From positions 45,942-109,941 of the forward strand of contig JAAZJO010000010.1 in the NCBI GenBank assembly GCA_012800315.1: a DNA stretch of 64,000 nt. The letters run 5' to 3'. Of this stretch, positions 57,182 through 64,000 are shown one piece after another. Below the pieces are notes generated by a model. The model did not search any database, was not told the DNA's origin, and saw only the letters and a list, made by a program, of their open reading frames with translations. The translations under genes were made by a program, and so were the position numbers. This DNA comes from Candidatus Falkowbacteria bacterium (lineage in GTDB: Bacteria; Patescibacteriota; Patescibacteriia; Patescibacteriales; UBA12465). Within the stretch, counting starts at the first letter, position 1. Every line of letters starts with the position of its first letter.

Positions 57182-60100
57182 ATGAAATTTTCTATTAATC
57201 CAATAAAGAAGAATATTAGGAAAACAAGTAAAAAGACTTTAGTTTTTTCACTTGTCTTAGTAATGTTTTTTTCTTTGTTATTAATGCCATTAAAGACTGT
57301 CCAGGCGCAATTAGTGGTGGCGGAGCCAGTGGTAGAGGCACAAACTGGCATTAAAATAGCCATGGATAAAGCGGAGTCAGCTTATAATAAAGCCAAGGCA
57401 ACTTTAAGTAAATTACTTTTAAAAGCGGGAGCCACCTCTTTTCAGCAAGTTGTAAGAGCAGCTTTAAATAAAATAGCTTATGATACGGCAACCTATTTAG
57501 GTTCTGGAGACAGGGGGCAAAAACCTTTATTTATCACTGAGGATTTAGGTTCTTATTTAGCTAATGTTGGTGATGCAGCCGCTGGTCAATTTATTGAATC
57601 TTTTGTTACTAGATTAAGTGTAGGGATTAGTGCTGAGTGCCAAAAGACATATCAGGCTTGCGAGGAAAATTGTCAAAATTATTATGAAATTGGTTCAAAT
57701 GAGGGAATAACTTGTATTAAGGAGTGCAGAGAGAAAGCCTATTTATGTGGTCGGGGTGAGGTAGGTGTTGGCACGAGTAGTAAAAGCGGTTTGAGTGGTG
57801 CGGGAGCTGCTTCAGCAACCCATCTAGGCGCTTTAAATATATGCCAACCATCTTCTTTAGAAGCGAAAGTTAAGATTGGTTTAGGTTTAGTTGAGTATCA
57901 AAGCCCAATGATGAATGCTAATTGTACCGCTTCTAAAATGATTAGTAATTGGGATGATGCCGCAACTAAAATGGCTGATTGGAAAGATCCAAATTTCCTA
58001 GACAACATTAAAGGTATATTTAATCCCACTTCTCACGATTTAGGAATATACATGACTGCTAGAAGTGATTTAGCTTCAGCTAAAGCAGGCGCTAGTACTT
58101 TATCTTTAAATGATTTTTTAGTTAATAAAGGTTGGTTAAGTAAAAGAAATGCGGCTGGTGAAATGGTTGGTACTCCTGGTGATGCTGAAAGAAAAGCACA
58201 AACAACTGAGGCAGCCGCTAAAGAGTCTTTACTACGTACTACCGGCGATATTGTGGTTGACGCGGCCAATGTTTTTGTTAATCAATTAGCGATTACCAAG
58301 TTTAATGATTTAATGTCTAATTTAGGCAAGAAGGTCACTGATGATTCTAGCGGTAGCAGCCGACGACTTTCAGGAGATTTAACTAATCCTGAATCTGATT
58401 CAACTACTTCTTATAGCGCGACTGGATTAAAAGAGTCTTTGTATTCAATTATTGAGCCAGATTTTGGGGTTAAAGCAGATTATGATATTTTAGCTAGTTT
58501 AACAGTTTGTTTTGATAAAAAAAATCCCGGTCCAACCGAGTGTGTTATTGATAGTAAGTTTAGTCAAGCTATTAGTGAAAATAAAACAGTGATTGAAGCA
58601 GTTAGAGAGGGTTATATAAACAGTGATTGGCAGTTAACAGAAAAAACGATAGAAGGCGCTTATTCTTTACGCAATGTTTCTATTTTGAGAAAATATCGCA
58701 TTTTACCAATTGGTTGGGAGGAAGCGATTAAACGAGCTTATGCTGACTCAGCTAAGGTTAAGAGAATTACGGTGATGGATATGATTTCTTGTTTTGATGA
58801 GTCTGATGAATATCAAAAGTTTAGTTCTAACTTTAATGTGGCTGATCAAGAGTGGTGTCGTGGCTTAGTTGATCCTAACTGGGTTTTGAAAGCACCACTT
58901 AATTATTGTAGCAAGCAAGGATCGGGAGCACATATTATTAGCAAAATAGTGTCTCCTTCTTATGGCGTTAAAGGTGCGGCTGATTATGTAGCTAGTGTTT
59001 TTAGTGTTAGTCGTGATGAGGAATATTGTGCTGATGAAAAAACTTGTATTAAGGAAAAGGCTGATGGTAGTTGTGAAGCCTATGGATATTGTAATGAGGA
59101 AAAGAGAACTTGGAATTTTTCAGCTGATAGTTGTGATCCGATTTATAATACTTGTCAAAATTTCACTAATGCGGCCACCGGTCAAAATGTTTCTTATTTA
59201 AAAAATACTTTAGATTACGCTAATTGTGATACAAATAGCGTTGGTTGTCGTCAATATTCTCTTAGTGGTTCTTACGATGTAGCTACTGGTGTTGTTTCTT
59301 GGGGCAAGAATAAAACAATTTATTTTAATAATAATTTAGAAATTTGTGATAAAAATAGTGAAGGTTGCACAGAGTTGATTAGAGTTAAGCCGACTTGGGG
59401 AGTTAATTTAATAATGAATTCAAACTTTAAAGATGACACCATCAACAGGCCACCAAAAAATTGGTACTTTGATTTTAATTCTTCCTTAAATACTTTTCAG
59501 GTTGTTAATTTAGCCGAAGAGCCAATTGGTGGAGTTGGTCGGGCCTTAAAAATCTCTGGTGAAAGAAAAGGCAGTTCTCCTGAACATATTTCAGTTAAAG
59601 TTGTTTCCAATGCCCAAAAATCTCTTTTGCCTGATAATTTTCAATTAATTCCTAACCAGGCCTACACTCTCAGTGTTGATGTTTATATTCCTGAGGGAAC
59701 AGCGGGAACAGCTAGAATTTATTTGGGCGAATTATCAGATGGTTTTGTGGCCTCAACCTCTAAGACTGGAGCTTGGCAGCACCTATCAGTGACCCGAACG
59801 GCTGCCGCTAATTATACTGAGCCGGTCTTCTATATTGAGAATCAAAATTTCGGCACTAAGAATGTAATGTATCTTAGAAATCCTAAATTTGAAGTTAGTA
59901 ATTACGAAACTAACTTTAATGCTTATGGCAGTGCTTATAAAGTTTATGAAAAATTAATTCCGCCATATTTAGAAAGTGTTTGTTATAATAATATTTCTAG
60001 TGCCACTAAAGACTATACCTTAAAAACTAACGCTCCGGCTGTTTGTTATGATTTCGCTCGTCGCTGTAATCGTGATGAAGTTGGTTGCGAGAAGTTTGTG

Positions 60101-63100
60101 GGGGTAAAAAATGGCATCACTGTTTCTGCCCAAGTAACCGCCTCTGATTATTGCTGGGGAGATTGCTTAGATTATGATGTTTATGTTTCTAAAGGAAGTT
60201 ATTTTAATTCTCCAGAAGCAGAAAATATTATTCCTACTAAAGCCACTGCTTGTCGGGCTGAAGTGGTTGGTTGTAATGAATTTACTAACCTTGATGCTTT
60301 AAATGTTGGTGGAGAGAATAAAGAATATTATTCTGCCATGAAGCGATGCGTTAAACCGTCGCAGGGGACTTGTGGTACTTTTTATAGTTGGGAGGGCACA
60401 AAGAATGGTTATCAGTTAAGATCTTATGTTTTAGAAAGAGAAATAAATAAGAATCAACCAAAGTTAACTTTTGGAGAAGTAAATGATTCGGCTACTTGTG
60501 ATCAAAATATTTATCATAAGAAAGTTGGCGAAGTAGGCTATAACCCAGATTGTTTAGAGTTTATTAATTCGGCTGGCGATGTTTTTTATGCTTTGCTTTC
60601 AGCGACAATAACTTGTTCCGAGGATTGTCATACCTATCGGATGACTGAAAAAAATATTGATAGAAGCATTACTTCAAGAGATGCTTGTGTTGAATCGGGT
60701 GAAAATGGCAGCACTTATTGGGACGCTGTGGCTGGTGCCTGCTATTCCTGTTTAAATGGTGGTCAATGGGATAATGCAACTAAATCTTGTTTGTATCAAG
60801 CTATTCCTGGAGAGGGCAAGATCTGTACGGCTGCCGAAAGTGGTTGTCGTGAATATAATGGTAATAGTGGTAATAATGTGAAACTGCTTACTTCGTTTGA
60901 TTTTGAAAACGGAAGCCAGGGTTGGCTATCAGCTAACGGCACTCTTAACACTGTAGCCGTGGCTAATGAAAAGGACGGTCATTCAATTTATTATGAAAAT
61001 AGTAAAAATTATTTTGTTAGGACTAAGGTTAGTCAGTTAGTTAAAGAAGGGAAGTCTTATGCGATTCGCTTTATTGCTAAGGCTGATGAGACCACTAATT
61101 TAAATATTTTCTTTACCGATAATGCGGATAATAATCCACAGAGAGCTAGTTTTTCTGCCGGCAAAATAACTCTAAAAGGTGGTGGCGAGTGGCACATCTA
61201 CCAAGCTAATTTAGCTAATTTAGACCATGCTATTTCTGAAAATGAAACCTTGACAATCATGGCTGATAATAATTTTTATTTTGATGACTTTGCTTTAACA
61301 GAAATAACTAATCGTCATTATTTAGTAAAGAATTCTAGCGTTGTACCGGATATTTGTTTTTATGATATTAATAGTGTTTATCGGGGAGCGGAATATAATT
61401 TAGGTTGTACTCAATATAAAGATCGTGATAATTTAACTCATAATTTGCGCAAGTTTTCTAAGCTTTGCTCAAGTTCAGCTGTGGGTTGTGAACAAATGAT
61501 CGCGACTCAAAATTATTCTTCATACGCTAGTGGAATTTGGGGTGATACTAATAATAATGGAGTTTGTGATGTAAATGAAAAAGACTGTGTTCAAGTCGGT
61601 GGCGATGAAATTATTTATACAATTTTTGATTCTAGCAAACAATGTAATTCAGCTGATTTAGGTTGTAGTCGTTTAGGACAGGGAATAGCCGCTGGCTCTG
61701 ATTGGTCAGATGTCTTTAGAAAAAATAATCCAAATCTATACGCTAGCGCTTTGTGTGGTCCAGCTCAAGTTGGTTGTGAGAAATGGATAGCTACCGATGG
61801 CTCGGAAAGTTATTTTAAGAATCCAGGAAATGAGGTTTGTCAATATCGTAGTAGTCATGATTTAAATAATCCAGTAAAAGCTTGGTATAAAATTCCAGTT
61901 AAGCGTTGTGATTCTAATGGAAATGGTGTTATAGACACTGAAACAGAAAAGGCGGGAGCAGTTTGCTCAACCGATAGTATGTGTTCAGCTGGTTCTTGTA
62001 TTATTGATAATAATGATTATCCTTGTGATTATTCATATTTTAAAACTTTTGGTATCGGTGGTGCGGGCAATCAAGTTCCAGTACCAAGCAAGCAAGTTGC
62101 TTTGTGTCAAGCAACTGCTTCTGGCTGTACAGAATATATTGACCCAGTAAGTAGTTTTTCACCAGAACTTTTAGATAATCCGAATGATAATATTCAGCAA
62201 GTTGCCTTAAGCCCAAATAAATTATATATCCTCTCTGTTGACAAGGGGGATAAGGATAATCAAAGTGATACGATTCTGAAATTTGAGGCTATTATTAAAC
62301 CTTTATTAGCAGATAATAATTTAGGGATTTCTACGACGACTATTACAATAGATAAAAATACTAGTGACCGGATTATGTTTGCTTCTTTAGCTAATTCCTC
62401 AGTTACTATTTCTGGCGGCGAGGTAGGGAAAAAGATTGAGTTAAAAGAGGCAATTATTAATTATCAACTCAAAAATAGTATAGATGTAACTAGTTGCAAC
62501 GGAGTGGTTAATCCAGGGGTTGGCTGTATTCTTTTTAATGAAAGAACGGTAGCTGGCGCAACCGGTTTAGCAGCGAATAAGTTTGATGCTGTTAATAGTG
62601 TTAGTGGACAAGCGCCACAGCTTTGTGATTCAGATTCAGATAATTGCACCGCTAATCAGCTAGTTAAAGTAAAATTAGACAGAGTTTGCTCTAAGTGGCT
62701 TGATTGTGTAGCTTATTTTAATGATCCTAATACCAATGAACGAGTCTGTTTAGCTTTAGGACAATGTACTCGGCTTGATGATAAGAATGAATGTGCTAAT
62801 TTTGAGGATGTTCCAAGTGGCAATACCTCTTTTGCTTCAGCGAGAAATAAAGATAAGACTGGTTATTATCTACTTAATAATTATCATTTAAGCGAGATGA
62901 AAGAAGTTGGTCTTAAAGTGCCTGGTGCTAATTATGATTTTGAAAATGGAGTGGCTCCCCTATGTTCTCAAACAACTGGCGAAGCTTGTTCTTTGGAAAC
63001 TTTGAATAGTTTAATTATTAGCGAGCCAGAAAAAGCGCCAACTGATTATCCTGCTCAGGGCACTGGCTATCTAAGAGTGCCCCCTTCTACAATTATTTCA

Positions 63101-64000
63101 CTGGGAGGAGAAAAAAGTTTAACTGTCCAGGGAGGCCAAACTTATTTCCTTAACTTCTTACTTAATACCCGGGGATCTATTGGTGCTCAGGTTGAAATTA
63201 CTTCTGATAATAAAAAGGTTAATGTTAAAAAAGATTTCGTTTCTAATAATGGCTGGACTCGTCAAATCATGCCTTTTAATGTTCCGGGTGAAGCAACGAA
63301 AATAAAAATAGATTTACAGGTAAAAAACATTTCAGGGGCAGAAGCTTCTAGATCTACGGCAGTTTATTTTGATGATATAAATATTGAACCGGTTTTAGAA
63401 GTTGGGAGCAAGGATGGCTATAAGCAATATGTTGCTCGCGAATGTCGTTTATATCCAAATAATGAAAGTTTAACTTGTGTTAATAAGAATGAAAATGTTT
63501 TATCTGATGGTTGGGAGGGTTATTGTCTAGAACATGATCCTGATAATCCATCGGTTTGTTTACTTTGGTATCCGGTTGATAAAATAAATGCGGCGGAATT
63601 ATCAAAAAATAATAGTGGTTATCAAGGAACCTTCCCGCTTAATTATTGCACTGAAGTTAATGGTAATTTTGAATTAGTGAAATATCTTAAAGCGGCTCAA
63701 GTTTCTTTTACTTCCGGTACAGCCTCAGGTTATGCTAGCAATATTAAAGGAGGGGACCATTTTTGTACAACGGATAATGATGGCTGTAATGGCGATGGCG
63801 ATCCTAATTATAAGACGATTATTGCTTATGGACGATATTCTAATGATCATTCGTATGTGAAAAAGCTTTGTGTTCCTAAGGAAGAAAAATTAATTCTAAA
63901 AACTAACTCAGCCGTTGTGTCTGATTTAGGTAAATGTACTGAGGATGGAGTTCTTTATTATGAGGGTTGGGCTATGATTGGTGATGGTTTAAAAACTAAA
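57182..64000 (+). CDS. Giant secreted Cys-rich surface protein (partial, at least 2273 aa, continues past window end) with three CBM4/9-like jelly-roll modules
   Basis: I translated it by eye from the ATG at 57182 and met no stop through 64000. Signal peptide is LVFSLVLVMFFSLLLMPLKTVQA. It is not in the ORF track, consistent with having no stop in the window. CBM-like modules sit at about 59415-59895, 60885-61305 and 62939-63390 (ending YFDDFALTEI and YFDDINIEP). A C-x5-6-GC-x-E motif recurs nine times or more. Confidence 0.6.
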   Translation, partial: MKFSINPIKKNIRKTSKKTLVFSLVLVMFFSLLLMPLKTVQAQLVVAEPVVEAQTGIKIAMDKAESAYNKAKATLSKLLLKAGATSFQQVVRAALNKIAYDTATYLGSGDRGQKPLFITEDLGSYLANVGDAAAGQFIESFVTRLSVGISAECQKTYQACEENCQNYYEIGSNEGITCIKECREKAYLCGRGEVGVGTSSKSGLSGAGAASATHLGALNICQPSSLEAKVKIGLGLVEYQSPMMNANCTASKMISNWDDAATKMADWKDPNFLDNIKGIFNPTSHDLGIYMTARSDLASAKAGASTLSLNDFLVNKGWLSKRNAAGEMVGTPGDAERKAQTTEAAAKESLLRTTGDIVVDAANVFVNQLAITKFNDLMSNLGKKVTDDSSGSSRRLSGDLTNPESDSTTSYSATGLKESLYSIIEPDFGVKADYDILASLTVCFDKKNPGPTECVIDSKFSQAISENKTVIEAVREGYINSDWQLTEKTIEGAYSLRNVSILRKYRILPIGWEEAIKRAYADSAKVKRITVMDMISCFDESDEYQKFSSNFNVADQEWCRGLVDPNWVLKAPLNYCSKQGSGAHIISKIVSPSYGVKGAADYVASVFSVSRDEEYCADEKTCIKEKADGSCEAYGYCNEEKRTWNFSADSCDPIYNTCQNFTNAATGQNVSYLKNTLDYANCDTNSVGCRQYSLSGSYDVATGVVSWGKNKTIYFNNNLEICDKNSEGCTELIRVKPTWGVNLIMNSNFKDDTINRPPKNWYFDFNSSLNTFQVVNLAEEPIGGVGRALKISGERKGSSPEHISVKVVSNAQKSLLPDNFQLIPNQAYTLSVDVYIPEGTAGTARIYLGELSDGFVASTSKTGAWQHLSVTRTAAANYTEPVFYIENQNFGTKNVMYLRNPKFEVSNYETNFNAYGSAYKVYEKLIPPYLESVCYNNISSATKDYTLKTNAPAVCYDFARRCNRDEVGCEKFVGVKNGITVSAQVTASDYCWGDCLDYDVYVSKGSYFNSPEAENIIPTKATACRAEVVGCNEFTNLDALNVGGENKEYYSAMKRCVKPSQGTCGTFYSWEGTKNGYQLRSYVLEREINKNQPKLTFGEVNDSATCDQNIYHKKVGEVGYNPDCLEFINSAGDVFYALLSATITCSEDCHTYRMTEKNIDRSITSRDACVESGENGSTYWDAVAGACYSCLNGGQWDNATKSCLYQAIPGEGKICTAAESGCREYNGNSGNNVKLLTSFDFENGSQGWLSANGTLNTVAVANEKDGHSIYYENSKNYFVRTKVSQLVKEGKSYAIRFIAKADETTNLNIFFTDNADNNPQRASFSAGKITLKGGGEWHIYQANLANLDHAISENETLTIMADNNFYFDDFALTEITNRHYLVKNSSVVPDICFYDINSVYRGAEYNLGCTQYKDRDNLTHNLRKFSKLCSSSAVGCEQMIATQNYSSYASGIWGDTNNNGVCDVNEKDCVQVGGDEIIYTIFDSSKQCNSADLGCSRLGQGIAAGSDWSDVFRKNNPNLYASALCGPAQVGCEKWIATDGSESYFKNPGNEVCQYRSSHDLNNPVKAWYKIPVKRCDSNGNGVIDTETEKAGAVCSTDSMCSAGSCIIDNNDYPCDYSYFKTFGIGGAGNQVPVPSKQVALCQATASGCTEYIDPVSSFSPELLDNPNDNIQQVALSPNKLYILSVDKGDKDNQSDTILKFEAIIKPLLADNNLGISTTTITIDKNTSDRIMFASLANSSVTISGGEVGKKIELKEAIINYQLKNSIDVTSCNGVVNPGVGCILFNERTVAGATGLAANKFDAVNSVSGQAPQLCDSDSDNCTANQLVKVKLDRVCSKWLDCVAYFNDPNTNERVCLALGQCTRLDDKNECANFEDVPSGNTSFASARNKDKTGYYLLNNYHLSEMKEVGLKVPGANYDFENGVAPLCSQTTGEACSLETLNSLIISEPEKAPTDYPAQGTGYLRVPPSTIISLGGEKSLTVQGGQTYFLNFLLNTRGSIGAQVEITSDNKKVNVKKDFVSNNGWTRQIMPFNVPGEATKIKIDLQVKNISGAEASRSTAVYFDDINIEPVLEVGSKDGYKQYVARECRLYPNNESLTCVNKNENVLSDGWEGYCLEHDPDNPSVCLLWYPVDKINAAELSKNNSGYQGTFPLNYCTEVNGNFELVKYLKAAQVSFTSGTASGYASNIKGGDHFCTTDNDGCNGDGDPNYKTIIAYGRYSNDHSYVKKLCVPKEEKLILKTNSAVVSDLGKCTEDGVLYYEGWAMIGDGLKTK

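Noticed and set aside
57172-62649. Small ORFs 57172-57363 (-), 58033-58269 (-), 58995-59201 (+), 62464-62649 (-)
   Set aside because: All lie inside the long uninterrupted plus-strand frame of the giant surface protein and are opposite or alternate-frame noise.
1-64000. Possibility of an alternative genetic code (UGA recoding, as in some CPR lineages)
   Set aside because: Long essential genes (rpoB, rpoC, polA, pnp, leuS) are intact under the standard code. Several genes terminate with TGA, for example the ATGA overlaps at 20619 and 47731. Standard code 11 fits.
1-64000. CRISPR arrays, rRNA genes, integrases or transposases
   Set aside because: I saw no regularly spaced direct repeats with unique spacers, no rRNA-like conserved stretches, and no proteins with transposase or integrase motifs. 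The two pilin-hairpin genes in the por operon show no flanking inverted repeats or att-like duplications.

Overview
This is a low-GC, gene-dense bacterial window with a mostly housekeeping gene set, consistent with a CPR/Patescibacteria-like lineage. That lineage call is an inference from gene content, K/E-rich low-complexity tails on core proteins, and tRNAs without encoded CCA.

The following genes were recognised by their protein motifs, in coordinate order:
- khpA, rpsP, pnp, an NYN-domain protein, rpsO and rpsT
- a cluster of four tRNAs (Pro, Phe, initiator Met, Ile)
- holA, murI, murD and polA
- an atypical fused ABC exporter
- tRNA-Ala
- a LysM-M23 peptidase, then yebC and ruvC
- a glycogen cluster (glgA, GH57, a kinase, a pyruvyl transferase)
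- ftsK, a MurE-like ligase, rpoB and rpoC
- an ADP-forming acetyl-CoA synthetase
- a GT2 plus GT-C/TPR glycosyltransferase pair followed by murJ
- lepA, recJ and rnhA
- xth, leuS and rsmA

Two regions stand out.

The first is a seven-gene minus-strand operon at 46541-52365. A membrane-anchored DsbA-like thioredoxin heads a four-subunit 2-oxoacid:ferredoxin oxidoreductase (porG-porD-porA-porB). The por cluster is interrupted between porA and porB by a secreted Cys-rich protein carrying a T4SS-pilin-like two-helix hairpin. It is followed by a second hairpin paralog fused to an M15 (VanY-like) peptidase, whose ATG overlaps the porB stop.

The second is a giant plus-strand gene from 57182 running off the window end. 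It encodes at least 2273 aa of secreted Cys-rich protein with three CBM4/9-like jelly-roll modules and a recurring C-x5-6-GC-x-E motif. Its absence from the ORF track is consistent with the track omitting ORFs that lack a stop inside the window. It is preceded by a small membrane protein with two thrombospondin-type-3-like Ca-binding repeats.

No CRISPR array, rRNA gene or mobile element was seen.
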